Source of the DNA: Flavobacteriales bacterium
Lineage (GTDB): Bacteria; Bacteroidota; Bacteroidia; Palsa-965
Direction of reading: 5' to 3'
Length of the DNA stretch: 64,000 nucleotides
Assembly (NCBI GenBank): GCA_040377305.1
Contig: JBEIPA010000008.1
Coordinates: 1-64,000, forward strand
The position numbers were made by a program, and so were the translations under genes. Each line of letters opens with the position of its first letter. Position 1 is the stretch's first letter. The notes beneath the pieces were generated by a model that ran no database searches, was not told the origin of the DNA, and worked only from the letters and a program-made list of their open reading frames with translations. Positions 46,805 to 56,771 of the stretch are shown here, one piece after another.

Positions 46805-49633
46805 ATGAACAAAATTTTACTCTCTTTACTTGTGTTACTGTTATGTTCAAGATTGAACGCACAAGCACCGGAAGGAATCAACTATCAGGCAGTTGCACGA
46901 GATGTGGCTGGCACAGAAATGCCTAACACCCCGGTGGATGTACAGGTGCAAATTCTGAACGCTTCGTTAGCTGTAATCTATCAGGAAGATCACCTTGACA
47001 CAACGAACGCATTCGGTTTGTTCAACCTTGTAATCGGTCAGGGACAAAATCCAACATCAAATTTCTCTGCAATCGATTGGGCAACTGGTCCGTTTTATCT
47101 GCGTATTTACATTGATGCGAACAACAGCGGATATGTTAACATGGGTTACACGCAGTTGTGGTCTGTTCCGTATGCGCTGTACGCGAAAGAATCTGCGAAT
47201 GGTCCACAAGGATTGCCCGGGTTAAATTGTTGGGATGTCGATGGAGATGGAGTTCAGGATCCAAGTGAAGATTCAAATGGTGATAACCAGTGGAATGCAC
47301 TTGATTGTAAAGGAGATTCTGGTGCAACGGGTGCAGTTGGTCCAGCAGGTCCACAGGGAATTCAAGGAATTCAAGGTGTGCAGGGACCGCAAGGAACTCA
47401 AGGAGCACAGGGGCCACCCGGCGCATCCGGATCGAATGGACTTGCTTGTTGGGATTTGAATGGTAATGGAATCGGCGAAGTTGGTGAAGACATTAACACT
47501 GATGGATTCTGGAATTCATTGGATTGTGCAGGTGCAGTTGGTCCCGTTGGAGCAGTTGGTCCAACAGGCGCAACTGGTCCGACAGGTCCAACAGGAGTTA
47601 CCGGAACCGCTGGCACGAATGGAACCAATGGCGCAACTGGCCCAACCGGACCCACAGGTGCAAACGGAACGAATGGTGCAACTGGCCCAACCGGAACCGC
47701 AGGCACGAATGGAACCAACGGTGCTACCGGGCCTACAGGTCCTACGGGCACCAACGGAACCAATGGTGCTACCGGTGCAACAGGAGTTACCGGTGCAACC
47801 GGCCCTACCGGAACTTTCGCAGTGAACGCATGGACGCTGCAAGGCAACAGTATTACCGCGGGTGATTTCATTGGCACTACAAACGCACAGGATCTTGTGT
47901 TTCGCACGAGCAATGTTGAAGCAGCGCGAATCAATTCATTTGGTGGTGCCGCGATAGGAACTGCTACCACAGCGACAGGTACTTTTGGGTATGCAATCGG
48001 ATCGAATAACGTTGCATCAGGCAATCGCGCTTTCGCGCTGGGAAATCATGCAACAGCTTCGCATCTGGGCGCGTTTTCTATTGGTGATTGGGGCGGTGGT
48101 AGTCCGACTATAGCTGCGTCGACGCAACAGGATGAAATGACCATGCGTTTCAGTGGTGGCTATCGTTTCTTCACCAATTCAACACTAACCACTACGCAGG
48201 GAATCTATTTTACCAACACGGGGTATGTGGGTATTGGTAATCCTTCACCATTTGGTAAACTGGATGTTTACCAGACAGCGGTAACAGGACCGGCAGGTTT
48301 TTTCTCCATCACGAGTGCGGCCAATTCATCAGCTGCAATTAATGTTGCTCACTCAGGATCCGGTATCGGTATTTCCGTTTCTGCCAATGGAACCGGAGCG
48401 GGTATGTTCTCATACATTACAGGAACCGGAAACTCTAACTATGCATTCCGTGCACGAACTGAAGGAACGGGACCTGCAGGAGATTTCATTGTGAACAATG
48501 CCTCGAGCAATGCAAACGGCGTTCAGGTTTCTACGAATTCCAGCACTGGTAATGGTGTTTATTCTTATGTAACAGGTGGAGCACGTGCAGGATTTTTTCA
48601 GATCAATAACGCAACGAGTGGCGCACACACAATTCAGTCTGAACATTATGGTCTTGGTCGCGCGGGGCATTTTGAAGTCGTGAATGCAAGTAACAATACT
48701 GATGCTTTGCTTGGCGCGACAAACGGAATGGGTGCAGCACTTCGTGGTTTTCAAACCGGAACGGGTGTTGCGGGAGACTTTCAGGTTCAGAATGCCGCAA
48801 ACACAACTGCCTCATTGCGTTCAACGCACAACGGATCCGGTGGTGCATTGGAAGCATACAACACTGGTTCGGGTCGCGCTGGTTTCTTTCAGGTTGGTGC
48901 AGCAGGTAACAGTTCTACAGCATTGGAAATCATCACATACGGCACAGGACGAGCTGTGCGCATAAATGTTTCAAATGCAACAAGCACTTCACCTGCTCTC
49001 GAAGTTACCGGAAACGGAATCGGACCATCTGCAGTTTTCCTTAGCGGAAACGTTGGTGTTGGAACGTCAACTCCATCTGCGAAGCTACAGGTTTCAGGAA
49101 ACGTTGCTGTACCTGCGACCAACTCGTATCGTTATGCCACTCCAAAAACAAAATATTATAAAGTGAGCGCGTTCGAACTAACGCCTGTAAGTCCGCTTTA
49201 CGATACGAGAATTGATGATGGATTTAGTTCCGGAAACGTGAATGGACTCAACTCCGTGTGGATCGGCAACGGAACCGCCGGCACAGTTGGATATTGTGTT
49301 GCTGCTGTTCATTTACCAGACAGCGCCGTTATAACAGCATTGAGTGCTCAACTCATTAAGAATGGAGGATCACTTCCATCAGTTGTTGAATTGTACAGAA
49401 CAGATGGCACTGGATACGCTTCAAATACAGCACAACTCATTGCAACTGCTTCTGCAACCACAAGTGGCGGCATTGTTTGGTTCGTGAGCGCAGGCTCGGT
49501 GAATACATCGTTCAATGTGGTAGACAACCAAAACTACAGCTACTTCATTCGCTGGAGCGGAGAACAAGGCACACAAAACGTCCGCTTCATCAATGCAACA
49601 ATTAACTACCAGATACGTCGATCGGAATATTAA
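46805..49633 (+). CDS. Exported collagen-like fibre protein
   Basis: AQAPEGINYQAVAR N-domain, LWSVPYALYA, Gly-X-Y runs, GNVGVGT motifs, repetitive beta-rich body. Confidence 0.85.
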   Translation: MNKILLSLLVLLLCSRLNAQAPEGINYQAVARDVAGTEMPNTPVDVQVQILNASLAVIYQEDHLDTTNAFGLFNLVIGQGQNPTSNFSAIDWATGPFYLRIYIDANNSGYVNMGYTQLWSVPYALYAKESANGPQGLPGLNCWDVDGDGVQDPSEDSNGDNQWNALDCKGDSGATGAVGPAGPQGIQGIQGVQGPQGTQGAQGPPGASGSNGLACWDLNGNGIGEVGEDINTDGFWNSLDCAGAVGPVGAVGPTGATGPTGPTGVTGTAGTNGTNGATGPTGPTGANGTNGATGPTGTAGTNGTNGATGPTGPTGTNGTNGATGATGVTGATGPTGTFAVNAWTLQGNSITAGDFIGTTNAQDLVFRTSNVEAARINSFGGAAIGTATTATGTFGYAIGSNNVASGNRAFALGNHATASHLGAFSIGDWGGGSPTIAASTQQDEMTMRFSGGYRFFTNSTLTTTQGIYFTNTGYVGIGNPSPFGKLDVYQTAVTGPAGFFSITSAANSSAAINVAHSGSGIGISVSANGTGAGMFSYITGTGNSNYAFRARTEGTGPAGDFIVNNASSNANGVQVSTNSSTGNGVYSYVTGGARAGFFQINNATSGAHTIQSEHYGLGRAGHFEVVNASNNTDALLGATNGMGAALRGFQTGTGVAGDFQVQNAANTTASLRSTHNGSGGALEAYNTGSGRAGFFQVGAAGNSSTALEIITYGTGRAVRINVSNATSTSPALEVTGNGIGPSAVFLSGNVGVGTSTPSAKLQVSGNVAVPATNSYRYATPKTKYYKVSAFELTPVSPLYDTRIDDGFSSGNVNGLNSVWIGNGTAGTVGYCVAAVHLPDSAVITALSAQLIKNGGSLPSVVELYRTDGTGYASNTAQLIATASATTSGGIVWFVSAGSVNTSFNVVDNQNYSYFIRWSGEQGTQNVRFINATINYQIRRSEY
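47531..47812 (+). repeat. Degenerate coding tandem repeats (GATGPTG / GTNGTNG)
   Basis: Repeated 9-45 bp units encoding collagen triplets. Confidence 0.85.
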
Positions 49634-49654
49634 CGGATGTATTACACCACTTAC

Positions 49655-49684
49655 AAAAGAGCAGATTAACTACCTGCTCTTTTT
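49655..49684 (+). terminator. Intrinsic terminator
   Basis: AAAAGAGCAG/CTGCTCTTTT stem. Confidence 0.8.
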
Positions 49685-49699
49685 CATTATCATTGATTA

Positions 49700-50365
49700 A
49701 TGAGAATTTCTGTCGGTCTCCTTCTACTCCTCTTCACGCAGGCAACGTTCGCACGAACTGCGCCACGCGATGTTGTAGATCCCTGGCAAGCACATTTTGG
49801 ATTGATGGCCGGATTGAATACTTCCACTTTGCAAATGAAGGGAGGCTTTGGACCTACCAAAACTTCCACGATACAATGGACTGCTGCGTTTGGAATGTAT
49901 TACAAGACCAAAGTGAAAAACATGTTTCGTTTCGAAATCCAAACCGGTTACGAAACAGCAGGTGCGGGTCGCGAATATTATTACGAACGAAGCTCTGGTG
50001 AGTTCATTCGAATATTTGACCGATACAGAACTATTCCTTTTTCAATGCTCCTCACAAGAAATCTCGGGTGGAAGGAAACAGTTTCTTTGGGCTTGGGATT
50101 CAAAACTAATTTCATCCTTAATCACTCCGTGCGGCATCCCGGCACATTGGATCGCCCTGGAATAATACGCACACCCGACGTGTTAACCTTGTACGGATCT
50201 CCTGTTGCACAACTTAGTCTTAACCTCCTTTATGCGGAAGTTTCCTTGTACGGATGGTATGCCGTTACGCCTGTAATCGATCATCTCGACGTTACCGCGA
50301 GTCCTTACGGAATTACCTTTATGGTAAAGGCGAGATTGTTCCAGTTTGGAATGGGAAAACCCTAA
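49700..50365 (+). CDS. Outer-membrane beta-barrel (porin-family) protein
   Basis: Signal peptide; FGLMAGLNTS start of a small barrel; amphipathic strands. Confidence 0.7.
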   Translation: MRISVGLLLLLFTQATFARTAPRDVVDPWQAHFGLMAGLNTSTLQMKGGFGPTKTSTIQWTAAFGMYYKTKVKNMFRFEIQTGYETAGAGREYYYERSSGEFIRIFDRYRTIPFSMLLTRNLGWKETVSLGLGFKTNFILNHSVRHPGTLDRPGIIRTPDVLTLYGSPVAQLSLNLLYAEVSLYGWYAVTPVIDHLDVTASPYGITFMVKARLFQFGMGKP

Positions 50366-50443
50366 AGTCTACATCCTATTTTCCCAACATCAAGGCGCTT
50401 TTACCTATTTTCATATGTAGTTACATCTAACTATCTTTATCCT

Positions 50444-50815
50444 ATGAAGAAATTATTCGTTTTGCTCATAATGGGCATTGTTCCGGCAACTATATTCTTC
50501 GGATGCAAGCACGAACCTGTGTTACCCGAACATCAGGTTAGTTTTAGTCAGGACATCATGCCTATTATTCAAATGGGCTGTCAGCATAGCGGTTGTCATG
50601 GAGATACGGCCAACCCTGAATTCCCTATGACAAACTATGAGCAGGTAATGGCTGGCGGAGATATTAAACCAGGAGAGCCGAACAATAGTGAATTGTACGA
50701 GGTCATTACGGATAATGATGAAGAAGATCGCATGCCGCTTAATAGGCCTCCGCTCTCTGACAGAAACATCAAGCTGATTTACATCTGGATTGCACAAGGA
50801 GCAAAAGATAACTAG
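50444..50815 (+). CDS. Lipoprotein c-type cytochrome with a CX4CH motif (Planctomycete-cytochrome-like)
   Basis: FFGC lipobox; CQHSGCH; PG...SELY; RMP; IWIAQGA. Confidence 0.8.
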   Translation: MKKLFVLLIMGIVPATIFFGCKHEPVLPEHQVSFSQDIMPIIQMGCQHSGCHGDTANPEFPMTNYEQVMAGGDIKPGEPNNSELYEVITDNDEEDRMPLNRPPLSDRNIKLIYIWIAQGAKDN

Positions 50816-50873
50816 CCAAGAACCCTGTCGTTGACAGTCAGGATTCCCGAATTCCACTTAGGAAAAACATTAT

Positions 50874-51257
50874 ATGATGAGTAAAAAAATATTCGCGCTT
50901 TCTCTTTTCGTTGCGGCTGCTGTTTTCACCGGTTGTTATAACGATAATATGGAAGATGTTTATCCGGGTGACGGTCTGTTCCGTCCTTGTGATACAACGT
51001 CAGCTATTTCATATACAAATCACATTGTTCCGATCATCGAAAACAATTGCGTTGCGTGCCATTCAGGTGCAGGTGCAAATGCCGATGTTCATCTGGACAA
51101 TTATCAGGGGGTTTACGATGTAGCTACAACAGGATTACTTGTTGGTGTTACGTGGCACGAACCGACTTATACACCAATGCCGCCTAACTATCAACTCGAC
51201 AGTTGTTCCCTTGTTCAAATCAAGAAGTGGGTTCTCGCTGGCGCACCAAACAACTGA
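50874..51257 (+). CDS. Lipoprotein monoheme c-type cytochrome
   Basis: FTGC lipobox; CVACH; PMPP distal Met; KWVLAGAPNN. Confidence 0.82.
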   Translation: MMSKKIFALSLFVAAAVFTGCYNDNMEDVYPGDGLFRPCDTTSAISYTNHIVPIIENNCVACHSGAGANADVHLDNYQGVYDVATTGLLVGVTWHEPTYTPMPPNYQLDSCSLVQIKKWVLAGAPNN

Positions 51258-51322
51258 TTCCTCCTATAAATCCTGCCGGTTAAGTCAGGAGTCACGAATA
51301 CCGCGTAATAAAATAAGGAACT

Positions 51323-52279
51323 ATGATTAAAAAATACATCACCCTATTTGTATTGCTTATTTCGTTGAGTGCAGTGGCGCAAGACGATATGCAGGCTTAC
51401 CTCGATAGCATTGCTGCAGCTGAAGCCGGTAATGCACCGAAAGAATATACTTCCGCAACATTCAAGACCACACGGATTGTAAATTTTCCGTCCAGCGAAA
51501 CAACCGGAAAAAAATTGCTTGACTTCCGCATCATGCACCGTTTCGGTGAAGTGTATTCGGGCTCCGGCAACTTCGGCAAACAATTTCTTGGAAATTTCTT
51601 TGGACTCGATGGCCCTGCAGGAATCAAGATTGCATTTGATTACGGTATTAACGAATGGATTACGGTCGGAATCGGCAGAAGCTCCTACGACAAGATTGTT
51701 GATGGAACAATTAAAACACGTATTCTGCGTCAGACTATGGATGGCAAGATGCCAATCAGCATGACGTATCAGGGAATCATGAACGTTACAACAAAAGCTG
51801 ATCCGCGTGCCTCACAACCTGGAGGTGTTGACAAGTATCAGTATTTCACTTCGCGATTGTCCTATTCCAATACGCTAACTATCGCGCGCAAGTTCAACGA
51901 TAAGCTTTCGTTGCAGGTTACCGCATTTCATTGTCACTTCAACATGGTCGACTTTCGCGACTACAAGAATGATGTTTTCGCTGCAGGATTATCCGGACGT
52001 ATTAAGCTCACGGCCCGCATGGCATTGACATTCGAATATGCGTATCGTATCAATCAATATGTTCCTGACAAAAGTGTCTACCAGGATCCATTCGCAATTG
52101 GTTTGGATATTGAAACCGGAGGACACGTTTTCCAGGTGCATATTACCAATGGATTTGGTATTAACGAAGTTCAGTTCATTCCATATTCAACAAGCTCGCT
52201 TGCAAAAGGGCAGATTCGACTTGGCTTCAACATCTCCCGTGTTTTCTCTACGGGTAAGCGCGAAGGCTCGACCTGGTAG
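51323..52279 (+). CDS. DUF5777-family beta-barrel protein
   Basis: TFKTTRIVN, LDFRIMHRFG, FFGLD, DIETGGHVFQ, GFNISR. Confidence 0.85.
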   Translation: MIKKYITLFVLLISLSAVAQDDMQAYLDSIAAAEAGNAPKEYTSATFKTTRIVNFPSSETTGKKLLDFRIMHRFGEVYSGSGNFGKQFLGNFFGLDGPAGIKIAFDYGINEWITVGIGRSSYDKIVDGTIKTRILRQTMDGKMPISMTYQGIMNVTTKADPRASQPGGVDKYQYFTSRLSYSNTLTIARKFNDKLSLQVTAFHCHFNMVDFRDYKNDVFAAGLSGRIKLTARMALTFEYAYRINQYVPDKSVYQDPFAIGLDIETGGHVFQVHITNGFGINEVQFIPYSTSSLAKGQIRLGFNISRVFSTGKREGSTW

Positions 52280-52379
52280 GTGTACTAATCCCGAATTCCA
52301 AAGAGTTCGTATGTAATCCATAACAAACCCCTCACGCATGCGCATGCCTTTTGTGCGGTTGATTCGTACAAGAATTACT

Positions 52380-53252
52380 ATGAAAAAGAACAAGACAACA
52401 TTAGCGTTAGTTGCAGCGATCGCACTCGCGGGATTTGCAACAATGAGTTTCGATATACTCGACGACACCGGAAAAGCGGGACGTACGGGTGCGCCGGGTG
52501 AATCAACGTGTACAGGTTGTCATACAGGTTCTCCGATCAACGATGGACTTGGTTCAGTTGTTATCAGTTCGCCTGATTTGGGCATTGGTTGGGAATACAT
52601 GACCGGTGATACGTACACGATTAACGTTACTGTTTCCCGCGTCGGTGCACCGTTATTCGGATTCGATCTGGTTTGTCTCACGGGTACAACTCCTGCACAA
52701 AACGGGGGAACACTCGTTGTTACGAACACAGCTGAAACACATATTCTCAACGCGACAGTCAGCGCGGTGGTTCGCAAGAACATGACGCACAAATTGAACG
52801 CCGGCGTGGCAACAGATACAAAAACGTTTACGTTCGAATGGATTGCACCCACAACCAATGTTGGCAACGTTACATTCTATTGCACAGGTAATGCTGCAAA
52901 TGGAAACGGCGCGAAGACTGGTGATCATATTTACAGCACATCACAAGTTGTAACCCCGGCGGTGGGTGCAAGCATGGAAGACATTCTGAACATTACCCGT
53001 TCGTTCAGCGTGTTTCCAAATCCTGCAACAGAAAATGTTTTCGTGAATTACAATGTTGCAATCGGTGAGCGCGTTGATTTTACCTTGATGACACTCGACG
53101 GAAAATCGGTTGGTCCTGTTTACAGTTTCAATGGAACCGGTGACAGAGCAACATCCATGCTTTCTCTTCCTGCGGATCTTGCCAAAGGAATTTATTTCAT
53201 TCGCATGGAAAGCGGATCGAACAGTAGTATACAGAAGGTTGTGCTGGAATAA
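52380..53252 (+). CDS. T9SS-secreted protein with CxxCH and a Reeler-like (choice-of-anchor V-like) domain
   Basis: Start MKKNK (52380); RTGAPGESTCTGCH; FEWIAP; NAANGNG...GD; VFPNPA C-terminal domain. Confidence 0.85.
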   Translation: MKKNKTTLALVAAIALAGFATMSFDILDDTGKAGRTGAPGESTCTGCHTGSPINDGLGSVVISSPDLGIGWEYMTGDTYTINVTVSRVGAPLFGFDLVCLTGTTPAQNGGTLVVTNTAETHILNATVSAVVRKNMTHKLNAGVATDTKTFTFEWIAPTTNVGNVTFYCTGNAANGNGAKTGDHIYSTSQVVTPAVGASMEDILNITRSFSVFPNPATENVFVNYNVAIGERVDFTLMTLDGKSVGPVYSFNGTGDRATSMLSLPADLAKGIYFIRMESGSNSSIQKVVLE

Positions 53253-53271
53253 CATCCTCACACTTTCTTGC

Positions 53272-53300
53272 AAAGGCGTCTCACCCCCCGAGGCGCCTTT
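53272..53300 (+). terminator. Intrinsic terminator
   Basis: AAAGGCGTCTC/GAGGCGCCTTT stem. Confidence 0.75.
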
Positions 53301-53379
53301 ATTATTTCCACTTGTTCATTGAGCGTTTACTCGTGAGTGCGATCGCTGTTCAGTCAAATTCCTTAACTTGATGCTATCA

Positions 53380-53892
53380 ATGAACAAACTCGCTGACTCT
53401 TCCGGAACAGTTGTCTATGAACTAAACAACCAGATTGTTGTCGCCAAAAAATCGGCACAATGGACAACAACCTTCCTGTTTGTTTCCGTACTCGTTACAA
53501 TCATTACGCTTGCAAATAGTGTCGTTCAGCTTTGGCTTCAATTGAACGCCGCAGTTTCAATTGCGCTGCTTGGAATTGGACTATTGTTTCTGGTGATTAC
53601 AATTCTCGTTGCGCGTTACAGAAAGAAAGTGAATTCCATTCCATGGAATGAGCTCGAAGTAATCTGTAAACTGGATCATGGAAAAGGAAAAGTGATTGAC
53701 AGTCAAGAACAAATCCTATGTGATTTGTCGGAAGCACGATTGCACCGTCAAATGCAAATGACATCGAGTTCATCTGCGCTGATATTGCTAGCAGGCAACA
53801 GAAAAATAAAGTTGGTCAGTGGAAGTCCTTTTTCCGGTGGAATGGGTGCGGTGGAAAAGGCTTTGCTGGATCGTGGAATTAAAAAGAAATAG
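53380..53892 (+). CDS. Two-TM hypothetical membrane protein
   Basis: Two hydrophobic helices; abuts the next gene; start uncertain (53368 or 53380). Confidence 0.65.
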   Translation: MNKLADSSGTVVYELNNQIVVAKKSAQWTTTFLFVSVLVTIITLANSVVQLWLQLNAAVSIALLGIGLLFLVITILVARYRKKVNSIPWNELEVICKLDHGKGKVIDSQEQILCDLSEARLHRQMQMTSSSSALILLAGNRKIKLVSGSPFSGGMGAVEKALLDRGIKKK

Positions 53893-54444
53893 ATGAAAAA
53901 ACTTATTCCTTTTTTATTCATTTTGTTTCTGTTCGGATCTTCCGCTTTCGTCAAGCCTGTTGCCATTGAGTCTGTTTCAGATTCCTACTGGGTCAAATTC
54001 CAGGACGACAGCGGTCGTTTTGGATATCTAAATACCAAGGGCGATACGATGATTCCCGGAGGAAGATATTGGCCATGCTATACCGATACGTTCAGGGCTT
54101 ATGCCATTGTTTGTAGCACAAGTAATGGCGACTTCATTGCAATCAACAAACAGGAAAAAGTGCTTTACAAAGTTTTTGGCTTCGACAACGGTCCCGATCC
54201 AGTGTCTGAAGGTCGATTTAGAATTCTAAAAAATGGCCTAATTGGTTTTGCCGATGAGCGAACGGGAAAAGTGATGATTTACCCGCAGTACAAATGTGCT
54301 TTCCCTTACGAAAATGGTGTCTCAGAAGTTTCTTTTGATTGCAACGTGAAACCTCCAAAAGGAGATGAACACGGAACATGGACGGGCGGTAACTGGTTTT
54401 ACATTGATCATGCCGGAAAGAAAGCTCCACCGCCTGAACATTGA
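53893..54444 (+). CDS. WG-repeat protein
   Basis: FGYLNTKG, FDNGPD..SEGRFRI, IGFAD, AFPYENG. Confidence 0.8.
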   Translation: MKKLIPFLFILFLFGSSAFVKPVAIESVSDSYWVKFQDDSGRFGYLNTKGDTMIPGGRYWPCYTDTFRAYAIVCSTSNGDFIAINKQEKVLYKVFGFDNGPDPVSEGRFRILKNGLIGFADERTGKVMIYPQYKCAFPYENGVSEVSFDCNVKPPKGDEHGTWTGGNWFYIDHAGKKAPPPEH

Positions 54445-54550
54445 TAGTAATCCACACTTACTCGTTCACAGTTTACACTTATCAGCTCAACCAATCCGGA
54501 TTGCATCACTTAGCTTTACTTTGTAATTAGCCAGAAATCCGCATCGCTGA

Positions 54551-55840
54551 ATGATTCTTATTGTTTTTACCACTGAGTACCGCACCGGTAGCGATAAATT
54601 CGCAAGAATTGCCGCAACGATGGAACGTGAAACGAAAGCACGTTACACCGGTGAAGTGAAATGCGTGGGTATTCACGGTAAGAAAGATCTGAATGCGCTG
54701 TTTGAAGCTGCGCTATCCGCGGGAAGCAAAATTGACGAGTTTCATTTCATCGGTCATTCCGGAATGTATGGTCCTATGTACGGAACGATGCAATATCCAG
54801 AGCAATACAGCCCGTATGAGTTGAAGAATCTGAATATTCCATTCGCTGAAAACGCAAAAGCATATTTTCATTGTTGTCGTTCTGCCCGATGGTTTGCGCC
54901 ATACTTCGCTGAGCAATTCAAGGTAGAAGCATTCGGCTATCACTGGTACACCACTTTCTCTTCCGACAAAAAGAAATTCAGGAAAGTAACCGATGCTTCG
55001 CCTAATGTGTATGCTGCCGGTTGTGTCGGAAAGAAATCGCATGGATGGATTGGTTCGGTGAAAAAGTACACCGGAACGGATCTCGAAATAATGAAATCGT
55101 TCAAACCGACTCACGCGAATGCCGATTCGACTTACAATCCCGTTGCTGAATTATACGATGCCGTTTTTCAGGATATTAAAGTGCGGAAAGACGAATGGAA
55201 TTGGATTGTGAAACACTTTCCGTCTTCCAAAGATATTACAGTGGTCGACATCGGATGCGGAAACGGTGCTTTGCTCAAAGAGCTTTCTCCGCGAATCAAA
55301 AATGGAATCGGTCTCGACATTTCTTCCGGCATTCTGGATCGTGCGCGAAAATTCACAGCAGGTATTTCGAATCTCGATTTCCGTCAGCTCAACGGACCGA
55401 AACTTCCTCTGGAAGATCATTCAGTTGACGTTTTCATTTCCATGTTGTCGTTCCGCTATCTCGATTGGGATCCGCTCATGGATGAAGTGAAGCGTGTGCT
55501 CAAGCCAGGAGGAAAAGTGTTGATCCTCGACATGGTCACTGTTCCTGCAAAGTGGCATGAGTTTCCGAAGCTTCTGAAATCCAAAATGATGATGTACACA
55601 CAGCGTATCACAGAACCAGCATTTTCACAAAACCTGAAGAAGCTTGTGACCAATCCGGCCTGGAAAGAAATGCTGAAACATAATCCGATTCGCGCAGAAC
55701 ATGAAATGAAGTGGTATCTCGAAAGCCGTTTTCCTTCGAGGAAAGTAGAGAAGATCAACGTGGGCTGGAATTCCTGCATTCTCGCTTTCGATTCGGGCGA
55801 CATCAAGAACATCAAAGACATTTATCTCACATATCCATGA
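54551..55840 (+). CDS. Fusion of an N-terminal clan-CD-like His/Cys domain and a class I SAM methyltransferase
   Basis: FHFIGHSG...YFHCCRS; VDIGCGNG, GLDIS, RVLKPGG. Confidence 0.8.
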   Translation: MILIVFTTEYRTGSDKFARIAATMERETKARYTGEVKCVGIHGKKDLNALFEAALSAGSKIDEFHFIGHSGMYGPMYGTMQYPEQYSPYELKNLNIPFAENAKAYFHCCRSARWFAPYFAEQFKVEAFGYHWYTTFSSDKKKFRKVTDASPNVYAAGCVGKKSHGWIGSVKKYTGTDLEIMKSFKPTHANADSTYNPVAELYDAVFQDIKVRKDEWNWIVKHFPSSKDITVVDIGCGNGALLKELSPRIKNGIGLDISSGILDRARKFTAGISNLDFRQLNGPKLPLEDHSVDVFISMLSFRYLDWDPLMDEVKRVLKPGGKVLILDMVTVPAKWHEFPKLLKSKMMMYTQRITEPAFSQNLKKLVTNPAWKEMLKHNPIRAEHEMKWYLESRFPSRKVEKINVGWNSCILAFDSGDIKNIKDIYLTYP

Positions 55841-56565
55841 AGATCGGAATTTGCGATTACGGCATTGGTGGAATCGGGTTGTACAAGCTGGTTCGTCCGC
55901 GCACAACAGCCGACATCATTTACTTTTCTGATTCGGGATTTACACCTTACGGAAAAGTTTCAGAAGAAGAATTGCGCGCGCGAATGGATCACGTAATTGC
56001 GTGGTTCAATTCCATGGGAGTCGATCAGATTGCTGTGGCGTGTAATGCTGCGAGTACGGTGATTAAACCTTCGCAGAACATTACCGGAATTATTCCACAT
56101 GGCATTAATCTGGTGATGCAACATCGTCCACAGTCCATTGCGATTGTTGGTGGGTCGCGAACAATTGAATCGGAATCGTACAAGAATATTTTCGAGAAAA
56201 ATGGAATAGACGTAGTTCAACGTGTTGCGCAAACCCTTTCCATTCGCATTGAAGCAGGCGACATTGATTCGAAAGAACTCGACGAAGATCTTGCAGATAT
56301 TTTTAATCCGATCAGCGATGCGGAATACACATTGCTTGCATGTACACATTATCCGGCAATCGCTCAGCGCATTCAGCGTTTCACCTACTCTACCCTACTC
56401 GATCCTTCTGCTGAAATGGCTGAGTGGATCTTTGAGAACTGGGAAGGCATGAACGGTGAGTCCAAAGACGAATGGTTCACGACCGGCGATACCGATCAAA
56501 TGAAAATAGCTGCTGACCGTGCGTTCGGTGTGGAGCTTCACGACATAAAACAAATTGAGCTATGA
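55837..56565 (+). CDS. Divergent Asp/Glu racemase (MurI-like)
   Basis: ATG 55837 overlaps the upstream stop; DYGIGG, TPYG, ACNAAS, ACTHYP with both catalytic Cys. Confidence 0.85.
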   Translation: MKIGICDYGIGGIGLYKLVRPRTTADIIYFSDSGFTPYGKVSEEELRARMDHVIAWFNSMGVDQIAVACNAASTVIKPSQNITGIIPHGINLVMQHRPQSIAIVGGSRTIESESYKNIFEKNGIDVVQRVAQTLSIRIEAGDIDSKELDEDLADIFNPISDAEYTLLACTHYPAIAQRIQRFTYSTLLDPSAEMAEWIFENWEGMNGESKDEWFTTGDTDQMKIAADRAFGVELHDIKQIEL

Positions 56566-56771
56566 ACATGTTCACGAAACATCCGCAAGAAGTCGGTTTG
56601 AACTACTTTCAGCACATGTGGTTTGCATTTACTATTGTTGGCAAACTTATTTACGCCGTAATTGCATGTTTTGTGCACGCATTCTTTCCGTTCTTGTTCA
56701 CAAATACAACGAGCGGAATTGTAACCGATCTTCACAGTAAAATCACCCATCGTAAAGAACATAACGCATGA
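56562..56771 (+). CDS. Small membrane protein (DUF6356-like)
   Basis: FTKHP..VG..YFQH...HAFFPFLF; ATGA overlaps on both sides. Confidence 0.75.
   Translation: MNMFTKHPQEVGLNYFQHMWFAFTIVGKLIYAVIACFVHAFFPFLFTNTTSGIVTDLHSKITHRKEHNA

Noticed and set aside
47398-48024. Repetitive antisense and alternate-frame ORFs (PVGPVAP, WNQWR)
   Set aside because: Shadows of the collagen repeats
55711-55836. N-terminal extension of the racemase ORF
   Set aside because: Overlaps the methyltransferase gene; ATG 55837 matches the MurI N terminus and gives an ATGA junction
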